From the NCBI GenBank assembly GCA_003133025.1, contig PKZK01000099.1, forward strand, positions 1-16,411: 16,411 nucleotides of DNA, written 5' to 3'. The notes beneath the pieces were generated by a model. The model worked only from the letters and a program-made list of their open reading frames with translations, was not told where the DNA came from and ran no database searches. A program made the translations under genes and the position numbers. This DNA comes from Vulcanimicrobiota bacterium (GTDB lineage: Bacteria > Vulcanimicrobiota > Vulcanimicrobiia > Vulcanimicrobiales > Vulcanimicrobiaceae). Numbering within the stretch: position 1 is the first letter of the stretch; each line of letters begins with the position of its first letter. This document shows, in pieces, positions 1 to 7,733 of the stretch.

Positions 1-133
1 TGAAATTATCGCCCCCAGCTGCGACGCACGCCGCTATCGCTTCGCACTGCAGCGCCCCGCGGATAGCCCGACGGGTCCCCGGGTGGCGTCGCTCGCGTCC
101 AGCTCGTTACCGTGGGCGGCGAAGCTTCCGTCG

Positions 134-1336
134 TCAGTTCAGCGTCGCGACGACCTTGGGCGGGGATTCCAGCGTGGCGGGCGTCGTCTCGGGTGCGCGG
201 ACTATCGCGAACGACTCGCGCCGTTGCAGCGGGATCACACTCGGCAAGCGCAGCCACACGAAGGCGCGCGCGACGTACGGCTGCACCGTACCGATTGCGA
301 CGTTCTTGAGCGCGGTCTCGGTCAGTGGATATTCGAAGATGCGCCAGAAGACGACGCCCGCACCGATGCCGAAGGCGGCCGAGAGCACGCTTTCCACGAT
401 TGGTCCGAATTGATTGAGGTGCACGTGCACCGCCTGCACGACCGGCACGTGGATCAAGTAGATGCTATACGAAGCGGTGCCGATGAAGGCGAGCGGACGC
501 AGCGAGAGCAGGCCGCGTAGCGTTCGCGACGACGCCGCGAAGAGCACGAAAGCGAACGCCGTGAATTGCCAGAGAATGCGCAGTGGCGGAAACGCGTCGC
601 GAACGTCGGCGCCGGCGATCGGCGGATAGACGCGCTGCGGTCCGACGAACCAATCCAGCACGAGCGCCAGCGCGAGCAGTCCGATGCTCCAGCACGCGAT
701 GGTGCGCTTCGGTACCGTGTGGTTCAGCGCGAGGTCGGCCGCGACGATGCCCAGCATGAACGCCGGCAACGCGTAGAGATCCAGCGCCCCCGCGGTGGTC
801 AACTGGAAGGCCACGATCGCGGCCGCGCCCACCACGAAAAAGGCACGCGGCGAAACGGTCCACAGCCAGAGCACGAGCGGAAACAGAAAGTACCAGCGGA
901 TCTCGACCGGCAGCGTCCAGAAGGTCACGCTCCAAAACTGTCCGCCCCGGTCGAGGAAGAGCGCCTGGGTGATCAGGTCGGAAACATTGGGAATCGCACC
1001 GCCCAGGAGCAGCGCCAGGCCGAGCACCGCAATCGCGGCGTAATACGGCGGCACGATGCGCACCACGCGCCGGCTCGCGAAACGCACCAGATCGATCGCC
1101 TCGCCCTTGCGCAGAAACGGGTAAGCCAAGCAGAATCCCGAAAGCACGAAGAACAGGTCGACGCCGTAGGTGCCGAGGCGGAAAATGAAGACGGCGGGGT
1201 GCGCCGGGGTCAGGCCCTTGCAGAAATAATGCGTGGCGTGGTAGGCGAGCACCGAGAGCGCCGCGATACCGCGAAGTCCGTCGATGTAGGCCACCCGATC
1301 GGGCACCCCGGGAGCGGTGCGTTCGTGGGCAGACAC
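134..1336 (-). CDS. Acyltransferase family 3 (OafA/YrhL-like, membrane-bound, no SGNH domain), paralog 1
   Basis: 400 aa hydrophobic ORF with AT3 motifs IDGLRGIA, GVDLFFVLSGF, RRVVRIVPPYY, WTLPVE, GTASYSIYLIH; GTG start. Confidence 0.9.
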   Translation of the reverse strand: MSAHERTAPGVPDRVAYIDGLRGIAALSVLAYHATHYFCKGLTPAHPAVFIFRLGTYGVDLFFVLSGFCLAYPFLRKGEAIDLVRFASRRVVRIVPPYYAAIAVLGLALLLGGAIPNVSDLITQALFLDRGGQFWSVTFWTLPVEIRWYFLFPLVLWLWTVSPRAFFVVGAAAIVAFQLTTAGALDLYALPAFMLGIVAADLALNHTVPKRTIACWSIGLLALALVLDWFVGPQRVYPPIAGADVRDAFPPLRILWQFTAFAFVLFAASSRTLRGLLSLRPLAFIGTASYSIYLIHVPVVQAVHVHLNQFGPIVESVLSAAFGIGAGVVFWRIFEYPLTETALKNVAIGTVQPYVARAFVWLRLPSVIPLQRRESFAIVRAPETTPATLESPPKVVATLN

Positions 1337-1343
1337 ACCCTCC

Positions 1344-1371
1344 TGTTCGTCCGTGAGAGCGGGCGACCTTA
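1344..1371 (-). promoter_or_regulatory. Candidate sigma28-like promoter (TAAG-N16-GACGAACA) for acyltransferase paralog 1
   Basis: Minus strand cTAAG gtcgcccgctctcacg GACGAACA, 7 nt before GTG; same motif and spacing upstream of paralog 2. Confidence 0.5.
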
Positions 1372-2577
1372 GGCCGAGCTAGCGGCGCTGCCGATCGAAG
1401 CTCTCGCGGGAGAGGCGACGCCGGCCTGTACGCCCGCACCGAGTGGTAGCGCCTGCGGCAGGCGCAGCCACGCGAAGGCGCGAACGACGGCCGGCTCAAC
1501 GCACGCCAACAGTCGCGTCTTCAGGGCGGTTTCCGTGACCGGATACTCGATCAAGCGCCAGAAGAGCAAACCGGCGCCTAGTCCCGCTGCGGCGAGAACG
1601 CCGGCTTCGGCCCAAGAGCCGCTCGGCTCGACACCCCCGGTCCGTAGCGCAATGACCACCGGGAGATGTACGAGATAGATGCTATACGACGCTCGTCCGC
1701 ACAGAGCCAAGGAGCGCCAGGCCAGAATCCGCTGCGCGAGCGTGGAAACGCCGGCCGCGAGCACCCCGGCGAAGGCGACGAACTGCCAAAGCGTTCGCTG
1801 CGGCGGGAGGTAGTCGCGCACGTCGAGTTCGCGCAGCGGCGGATCGAATTTCGACGGTCCGACAAAACATTCGAGCGGCAGCGTCACCGCGCATAAAACG
1901 GCCAAAACCGTCCAGGCCGTCCGCGACGGAATGCTGCGGCGAACGACCGCATCGGCCGCGACGATCCCGAGCATGAAGGCGGGCAGCGCGTAGAGATCGG
2001 CTGCTCCGGCGGTGGTCCAGCGAAAGGCGACGATCGCCGCGACGCCGACGACCGCAAAGGCACGCGGGCTCGCCATCCACAGCCACAGCGCGAGCGGGAA
2101 CATCGCGTACCAGCGCAACTCGATGGCGAGCGTCCAGAACGGCGAGCTGAGATAGTGCGGGTTGCGGTCGAGGAACAACGCCTGAGCGAGTAGCCGCCAT
2201 CCGTCCTGCGGCGGAAAAACATAGTGAATGAACGGTGACGGCCCGGCCCAGAGCGCTAACGCGAACAGCGCGATCGCCGCGTAATACGGCGGAATGATGC
2301 GCACGAGCCGGCGCGACGCAAAGCGCGCGAGATCGATCTCGCCGCGTCCGCGCAAGAACGGAAAGGCGAGGCAGAAACCGGATAAGACGAAGAACAGGTC
2401 GACCCCGTAGACGCCGAGGCGAAAGACGAAGGCGAGCGGATTCGCCGGGCCGAGCGACGGACGCACCCATGCGGTCGCGTGCGTGGCCAGCACCGAGAGC
2501 GCGGCGACGCCCCGAAGCCCATCGACATAGGCCACCCTGTCGGGCAGCCCGGGGACGGTGCGGCCTTGGGCAGACAC
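1369..2577 (-). CDS. Acyltransferase family 3, paralog 2 (tandem duplicate of 134..1336)
   Basis: 402 aa; VDGLRGVA, GVDLFFVLSGF, RRLVRIIPPYY, WTLAIELRWY, GRASYSIYLVH; collinear with paralog 1 from the N-terminus (MSAxxRTxPGxPDRVAY). Confidence 0.9.
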   Translation of the reverse strand: MSAQGRTVPGLPDRVAYVDGLRGVAALSVLATHATAWVRPSLGPANPLAFVFRLGVYGVDLFFVLSGFCLAFPFLRGRGEIDLARFASRRLVRIIPPYYAAIALFALALWAGPSPFIHYVFPPQDGWRLLAQALFLDRNPHYLSSPFWTLAIELRWYAMFPLALWLWMASPRAFAVVGVAAIVAFRWTTAGAADLYALPAFMLGIVAADAVVRRSIPSRTAWTVLAVLCAVTLPLECFVGPSKFDPPLRELDVRDYLPPQRTLWQFVAFAGVLAAGVSTLAQRILAWRSLALCGRASYSIYLVHLPVVIALRTGGVEPSGSWAEAGVLAAAGLGAGLLFWRLIEYPVTETALKTRLLACVEPAVVRAFAWLRLPQALPLGAGVQAGVASPARASIGSAASSA

Positions 2578-2584
2578 GCCTTCC

Positions 2585-2612
2585 TGTTCGACCGCCCGGG
2601 AAGCCGACCTTA
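2585..2612 (-). promoter_or_regulatory. Candidate sigma28-like promoter (TAAG-N16-GTCGAACA) for acyltransferase paralog 2
   Basis: Minus strand cTAAG gtcggcttcccgggcg GTCGAACA, 7 nt before GTG; boxes conserved with paralog 1 while the spacer has diverged. Confidence 0.5.
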
Positions 2613-2660
2613 GTCCGCGCCGGGGGCCGCGGGAACACGCGCATCTAAAAGGGATCGGGC

Positions 2661-4190
2661 ATGCCGAGCCGCGCCTTTTACGTCACGACGCCGATCTACT
2701 ACATCAGCGGGCAGCCTCACATCGGGCACGCCTACACGACGGTGTGTGCCGACGTGCTGGCGCGCTTTCACCGCACGCGCGGCCCGGCGTTCTTTCTGAC
2801 CGGCACCGACGAGCACGGCCAAAAGGTCGCTGCGGCCGCCGCCGCCGCGGGTCTCTCGCCCCAGGCGTTCACCGACTCGCTGATTCCGCGCTGGAAAGAA
2901 CTCGCAGCGACCTACGAGGTGGCCTACGACGACTTCATCCGCACGAGCGAGCCGCGGCACGAGAGCGCCGTGGTCAAGGTCTTCGAAGTGCTCAAGGAAA
3001 GCGGCGACGTGTACCTGGGCAAGTACGAAGGCTGGTACTGCACCAACGACGAGACCTTCTGGCTCGAGTCGAAGCTGATCGACGGCCGCTGTCCCAACCC
3101 CGAATGCCGCCGCGAAGTACAGTGGCTCTCGGAAGACAACTGGTTCTTCGCGCTCTCTCGCTACGCCGATCGACTGCGCACATATTTTAAGGAAAACCCG
3201 GATTGGGTGCGGCCCGAGCGCGCCTACAACGAGATGTTCGCCACGCTCGAAGCCGGGCTCGAAGACCTCTGCATCTCGCGCGTCAACCTGGACTGGGGCG
3301 TGCCCTTGCCCGGCGGCGGCGTGATGTACGTCTGGCTCGACGCGCTGCTCAACTACATCACCGCGCTCGATTGGGAACACGACGGGCCGCTCTTTCGCGA
3401 GTTCTGGCCGGCCGACGTGCAACTGGTGGGCAAGGAGATCGCGCGTTTCCACACGCTGATCTGGCCCGCCGTCCTCTGGGCGCTCGGACTCGACGCGCCC
3501 AAACTCGTCTTCGCCCACGGCTGGATCACCGTCGACGGCGAGAAGATGAGCAAGAGCAAGGGCAACGTGATCGACCCCTTCGACATCGTCGAGCGTTTCG
3601 GCGCGGATGCCGTGCGCTATTTTCTCTTGCGCGAAGCGCCGTTCGGTTCGGACTTCTCGATCGGCGAAGAGAAGATCAGGCAGCGCTACAATTCCGATCT
3701 GGGCAACGACTTGGGCAACCTCGTGCGCCGCTCGCTCGCGATGTTGACCAAATATCGCGGCGGCGTCGTGCCGGCCGTCGCGGCGTCGCCGCTCGAAGCG
3801 CGCTTCGCCGGCTTGGGCGAATCGGTCGCGGCGCACTTCGAGGAACTGCGTTTCCGCGATGCGCTCGAAGCGACGTGGGAGCTGGTGACCGCGCTCAACC
3901 GAGGCATCGACGAACGCAAGCCGTGGGTCTTGGCCAAGGCGGGCGACGACGCCGCGCTCGATGCGGTGCTCTACGAACTGTGCGAAGGCTTGCGCTGGAT
4001 CGCGTTGCTGCTCGCGCCGTTCATGCCGCGCAAAGCGGGCGAGATCTGGACGCAACTCGGGCTCGCGGGCGCGCCCGACGCCGATTGGCGCCAAGCGCTC
4101 GTGTGGGGCAAACTTCCCGGCGGCACGCAGACGCAGCCCGCAGCCGACCCGCTTTTCCCGCGGATCGAGAGCGTCGAAGTCCCGGCGTAA
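2661..4190 (+). CDS. metG: Methionyl-tRNA synthetase (short form, single knuckle, no C-terminal tRNA-binding appendix)
   Basis: FYVTTPIYY, HIGH (PHIGHAY), TGTDEHGQK, YVWLDAL, KMSKSKGN, NDLGNL; SD-like AAGGGA upstream. Confidence 0.97.
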   Translation: MPSRAFYVTTPIYYISGQPHIGHAYTTVCADVLARFHRTRGPAFFLTGTDEHGQKVAAAAAAAGLSPQAFTDSLIPRWKELAATYEVAYDDFIRTSEPRHESAVVKVFEVLKESGDVYLGKYEGWYCTNDETFWLESKLIDGRCPNPECRREVQWLSEDNWFFALSRYADRLRTYFKENPDWVRPERAYNEMFATLEAGLEDLCISRVNLDWGVPLPGGGVMYVWLDALLNYITALDWEHDGPLFREFWPADVQLVGKEIARFHTLIWPAVLWALGLDAPKLVFAHGWITVDGEKMSKSKGNVIDPFDIVERFGADAVRYFLLREAPFGSDFSIGEEKIRQRYNSDLGNDLGNLVRRSLAMLTKYRGGVVPAVAASPLEARFAGLGESVAAHFEELRFRDALEATWELVTALNRGIDERKPWVLAKAGDDAALDAVLYELCEGLRWIALLLAPFMPRKAGEIWTQLGLAGAPDADWRQALVWGKLPGGTQTQPAADPLFPRIESVEVPA

Positions 4191-4204
4191 AGAGCGGCGC
4201 TCGC

Positions 4205-5251
4205 CTAGATCTGCGCGCCCGTCGAGCGCGCGTAGTCGAGCAACTCGGGCGAGATCGGCGTGCCCGCGGGCAACGTCCAACCCGGCAGCGGGCCTTGCAG
4301 CGGCAGCGGGTGCGTCATGCGGAACGTGCCGTTATACGGATCGCGGTTGGACGGCCAACGCACGGGCCAAGGCACGGGCTCGATGCGGCTCGTGCCGTCG
4401 CTGAGCGCCACGTTGCAGCTCATGTAGTAGTAGTCCCACGCGCCCGAGGTCCAGCCTTTGATCGGCTCGCAGAGGCCTTGCGCGCTGCGCATGTCGCCCG
4501 GCACGCCGGTCATCGAGAAGTTGTAATGCTTGGGCCCGGCGGGCGCTTGCGGATGCGGAACGTAGAGCGGGTTCTCGTTGCTGCGCGCGCGCGAGATCGT
4601 CTGCGAGAGGTCGCTCTGAATCTGGGCCAGTTGTTGCTCGGAGAAGTGCGACGCCGAGGTCGATTTCTGCGGCCGCTGCTGCCGCTGGGCGCTGCTCTGG
4701 CCCTGGGCGATGGCAACCTGCTTTGGCGCTTTGACGGGCGAGGCCGTGGCCTTCTCCGGCGGCGCGGTCGGGGTCTCCGACTTCTGCTCCACCTTCACGG
4801 TCTTGGGCGCTTCGGGCGGCGCGGTGGGCAGCGTCTTGGCCAGCTCGTGATGCTGCTTTGCCGGAACGGGCACGGCCGCGGGCGGCGGCTGCTGCACCAC
4901 CTGCTGCGGCACGGGCACGCTTTCCGGCGCCGGTTGGCGCGGCTGGACCGGCGTGACCTGCGAGTGGGCCGGCGCGGGCGCAGGCTTGGGCTTGACCCGC
5001 TTTTCGATCGTGAGCGAACTCGTGACGGCGACGGTCTGATCGGGCGTGGGCCGCGGGTGCGGCACGAGGATGTGCATCTTCTGCAACCAGCCCGTCGAGC
5101 CGACGTAGAAGAGCGCGAGCAAGAGGTGCACCAGCACCGAGCCGATCAGCGCGATGCGGATGATCCGGTCGTCGCGAGGCTGCTCGTCGCTGCCGATCAG
5201 CGTCGGATGGACGGTTTCTTCCTGGTCCGTTCTCTCGTCGCTTGCGATCAC
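4205..5251 (-). CDS. TonB/TolA-like single-pass membrane protein with Pro/Gln/Lys-rich linker and unrecognised C-terminal domain
   Basis: 348 aa; N-terminal TM helix IIRIALIGSVLVHLLLALFYV with SxxxH (S38/H42); long low-complexity P/Q/K/A linker; aromatic-rich globular C-terminus with two Cys; G-run SD upstream of GTG. Confidence 0.7.
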   Translation of the reverse strand: MIASDERTDQEETVHPTLIGSDEQPRDDRIIRIALIGSVLVHLLLALFYVGSTGWLQKMHILVPHPRPTPDQTVAVTSSLTIEKRVKPKPAPAPAHSQVTPVQPRQPAPESVPVPQQVVQQPPPAAVPVPAKQHHELAKTLPTAPPEAPKTVKVEQKSETPTAPPEKATASPVKAPKQVAIAQGQSSAQRQQRPQKSTSASHFSEQQLAQIQSDLSQTISRARSNENPLYVPHPQAPAGPKHYNFSMTGVPGDMRSAQGLCEPIKGWTSGAWDYYYMSCNVALSDGTSRIEPVPWPVRWPSNRDPYNGTFRMTHPLPLQGPLPGWTLPAGTPISPELLDYARSTGAQI

Positions 5252-5289
5252 GCAGCGCTACCCCCCAGGCGCGGGAACCGTGTCAAACG

Positions 5290-5302
5290 TGATACCATCC
5301 TA
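5290..5302. promoter_or_regulatory. Overlapping divergent -10 elements (plus TGaTACCAT for tatD; minus TAGGAT for the TonB-like gene)
   Basis: Plus extended -10 TGnTACCAT at 5290-5298, 9 nt before the tatD ATG, no SD; minus TAGGAT at 5302-5297. Confidence 0.4.
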
Positions 5303-5307
5303 GCCGC

Positions 5308-6075
5308 ATGTTCGACACGCACGCACACGTTCACGGCGAGAGCTTCGACGCCGACCGGGAAGATATGCTCGCGCGAGCGGCCCAAGCCGGCGTGACGCGC
5401 ATCCAGACCGTCGGCACCGATCTGGCCGACAGCGCTCGCGCCCTCGACGTCGCGGCTCAGTACGGATTGGACGCGGCGATCGGCATTCACCCCCACGAGG
5501 CCAAGGACGCGCCCGACGATCTCGCCGCCGCGTTCGATGCGCTGCGCGCGGCAGCCCGGATCGCTCCGCGCGCCATCGGCGAGACGGGGCTCGACTACTA
5601 CTACGACCATAGCCCGCGCGACGCCCAAAAGCGCGTGCTCACCGCCCACCTGCGGTACGCCCGGGAAACGGGCCTGCCGCTGATCTTCCACCAACGCGAC
5701 GCATTCGAAGACTTTACGAAGGTTCTCCGCTCAGAGTTCGCGCGGCCCATGCGCGGGGTCGTGCACTGCTTCACGGGCGATGCCGCGGCGGCGAGGCTGC
5801 TGGTCGACGAGTTCGGTCTACTGCTGGGCATCGGCGGGGTCGTGACGTTCAAAACCGCGGAAGGCCTGCGCCAGGCCGTCAAAGAGGTGGGACTGGAGCA
5901 CATCGTCCTCGAGACCGACTGTCCCTACTTGGCGCCGGTGCCGTATAGAGGGAAGCGAAACGAGCCCGCGTTCATGGCCGCGACCGCCGCGCGGGTGGCC
6001 GAGATTCTCAACGTACCCCTCGAAGAGGTTGTCACCCGGAGCACCGCGACCGCCGCGGCGCTCTTCTCAGCGTAA
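5308..6075 (+). CDS. tatD: TatD-family metal-dependent nuclease/hydrolase (YcfH/YabD type)
   Basis: DTHAH, GIHPH, AIGETGLDY, VVHCFTG, LETDCPYLAP, GKRNEP motifs; usual position downstream of metG. Confidence 0.95.
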   Translation: MFDTHAHVHGESFDADREDMLARAAQAGVTRIQTVGTDLADSARALDVAAQYGLDAAIGIHPHEAKDAPDDLAAAFDALRAAARIAPRAIGETGLDYYYDHSPRDAQKRVLTAHLRYARETGLPLIFHQRDAFEDFTKVLRSEFARPMRGVVHCFTGDAAAARLLVDEFGLLLGIGGVVTFKTAEGLRQAVKEVGLEHIVLETDCPYLAPVPYRGKRNEPAFMAATAARVAEILNVPLEEVVTRSTATAAALFSA

Positions 6076-6108
6076 ACCCGGCTCCTTACGCTGTGCTGTG
6101 AGCCGGGT
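6076..6108 (+). terminator. Stem-loop immediately after the tatD stop (possible terminator without U-tract, or mRNA stabiliser)
   Basis: Perfect 9-bp inverted repeat ACCCGGCTC (6076-6084) / GAGCCGGGT (6100-6108), 15-nt loop; no poly-U tail. Confidence 0.45.
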
Positions 6109-6151
6109 GTAGGAATTGTAGGAAGCGGAAACGTAAATCAGGATTTAGAAT
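6108..6151 (+). promoter_or_regulatory. Candidate dab operon promoter/operator region
   Basis: AT-rich island: direct repeat TGTAGGAA (6108-6115, 6117-6124), palindrome TAAATC-AG-GATTTA (6134-6147) overlapping -10-like TAGAAT (6146-6151). Confidence 0.5.
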
Positions 6152-6245
6152 TCACCCTTAGCGCACAGCCGGTGGCTTCGCACGAGGGCATCACCGGAAC
6201 CTAACTCGAGGGAGCGCTCCAACCCTGTACCGCCCGACGGACGCG

Positions 6246-7733
6246 ATGCTGTTGACGATCGCGGCACTGCCGCTGCTCGCCGCCCTCGCATCGGCCACCG
6301 CTTCGCGCGGTGACGCCGAACGGCGCGCCGCGTTCGGAACGGGTGCCGTCGGGGTTGCGTTCGCCTTGAGCCTGGCGGCATTCGGACTGGTCCTCGCGGG
6401 CCAGTCCACCGACGGCTTTTTGCTCGGCATCGACCGGCTGCGCGGGTTGATGCTGATCCTGGTGACCGGCATCGCGACGATCGTCCACGCGTTTGCCACG
6501 CGGTACATGAATTCCGATCCGGGATACGCGCGCTTTTTCGCTTGGCTCGGAGCGGTGACCGCCGCCGTGATCGGCGTGGTGCTGGCATCGAACCTCGCGG
6601 TGCTCGCGGTCGCCTGGTGCGGGGTGAGCGTGGCCCTGTACCAATTGCAGATCCATTATCGCGACCGCCCGGTGGCGCTCGCTGCGGCGCGCCCGATGCG
6701 CGCCGCGTTCGCAATCGGCGACCTCGCGATGGTCGGCGCCTGCGCCGCACTCGCCTGGACGAACCACACCGGCAGCATTGCCGCAACGTTAGCGGGCGCA
6801 AACGCCATGTCGACGCCGCTGCTCTACGTGGTGGTCGGGTTGTTCGCGATCGCGGCGTTCAGCAAGTCGTCGCAGATCCCGCTGCATCGCTGGTTGCCCG
6901 ATACGATGGAAGCACCGACGCCCGTCTCGGCGCTGATGCATGCCGGAATCGTCAACGCGGGCGGCTTTCTGCTCGTGCGCTTTTCGCCGCTGGTCGTCGA
7001 CGCGCGCGGCCTCGCCGTCGTGATTTTCCTCGCCGGCGCGGCAACGGCGTTTTGGGGTTCGTCGTGCATGCTGGTACGACCCGACGTCAAACGCGGACTG
7101 GCCTATTCAACCGTCGGACAAATGGGCTACATGATCATGCAGTGCGGCCTCGGCGCATTTCCCGCTGCGATCTTGCATCTCTTCGCGCACGGCATCTTCA
7201 AAGCCACGCTGTTCCTGGGTTCGGGCTACGCCGTCCACGATTTCAAACGCGAGTTGCGTGCGCCGGTGGAGGCCAAGAACGCCGTGCGGCATCCGCGCGC
7301 AGGCGCTGCCGCAGGGATGCTGGTGGTCGCGGCCGGCGTGGCCGTGGCCCTCTCGCCGCTCGGACGCGCGCTGCCGCCGTACGGCTGGGTGTTGCTCTCG
7401 TTTGCGACGTTGACGTGCATGCAAGCCGTCTACGCGATCGTGCGCCGCGGCACGGCCGCTGAAATCGCGGCTGCTGCCGCGCTCGTCATCGTCGTCTTGC
7501 CCGGCTACGCCGCGCTGGTCGGCGCCTTCGACCGTTTTTTGGCTGCGGACGTGGCGGCGCCGGCGCTCCTGGTTTCGCCGATCCTGGCCGGTGCCGTGGT
7601 CGCGCTCTTCGCGCTCGGGCTCATACTCAGTTGGGGCATCGTTGCGCTGCCCGCTGCGCTGCGCGATCGCGCCTACGTCTGGTTGTTGAGCGAAGGCATC
7701 CCGTTTCGCGTCCGCGCTAAACGAAACGCATGA
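6246..7733 (+). CDS. dabB: DabB/MpsA-type membrane subunit of inorganic carbon pump (NuoL/ND5-like proton-conducting family)
   Basis: KSSQIPLHRWLPDTMEAPTPVSALMHAG, DVKRGLAYSTVGQMG, HLFAHGIFKATLFL; AWCGVS where NuoL has GWEGV; ATGA overlap with DUF2309 gene; start could be CTG at 6225. Confidence 0.9.
   Translation: MLLTIAALPLLAALASATASRGDAERRAAFGTGAVGVAFALSLAAFGLVLAGQSTDGFLLGIDRLRGLMLILVTGIATIVHAFATRYMNSDPGYARFFAWLGAVTAAVIGVVLASNLAVLAVAWCGVSVALYQLQIHYRDRPVALAAARPMRAAFAIGDLAMVGACAALAWTNHTGSIAATLAGANAMSTPLLYVVVGLFAIAAFSKSSQIPLHRWLPDTMEAPTPVSALMHAGIVNAGGFLLVRFSPLVVDARGLAVVIFLAGAATAFWGSSCMLVRPDVKRGLAYSTVGQMGYMIMQCGLGAFPAAILHLFAHGIFKATLFLGSGYAVHDFKRELRAPVEAKNAVRHPRAGAAAGMLVVAAGVAVALSPLGRALPPYGWVLLSFATLTCMQAVYAIVRRGTAAEIAAAAALVIVVLPGYAALVGAFDRFLAADVAAPALLVSPILAGAVVALFALGLILSWGIVALPAALRDRAYVWLLSEGIPFRVRAKRNA

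Noticed and set aside
1..133. Possible gene end or promoter (minus-strand GGCGATAA at 13-6); ORFs 6..257 and 83..520
   Set aside because: No recognisable protein, the ORFs overlap the acyltransferase, and no -35 box at the 16-nt spacing seen for the other three sites
465..2644. Alternative-frame ORFs 465..1499, 566..1372 and 1682..2644
   Set aside because: Arg/Ala/Pro-rich shadow ORFs of the high-GC acyltransferase genes
2610..5395. Long ORFs 2610..4280 (-, 556 aa) and 3203..5395 (+, 730 aa)
   Set aside because: Antisense or off-frame shadows of metG and the TonB-like gene; no motifs; long open frames are expected at this GC content
5308..6075. tatD as part of a Tat export system with tatA/tatC
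   Set aside because: TatD is a nuclease family not required for export; here it sits in the usual metG-linked position about 9 kb from tatAC
6076..6245. Known riboswitch, T-box or tRNA in the tatD-dabB gap
   Set aside because: No cloverleaf, T-box or recognisable aptamer consensus; retained only as an unclassified candidate
6246..7733. Complex I subunit nuoL or Mrp antiporter mrpA
   Set aside because: No other nuo/mrp genes, lacks the NuoL TM5 Glu, and is coupled to a DUF2309 gene, so DabB fits better
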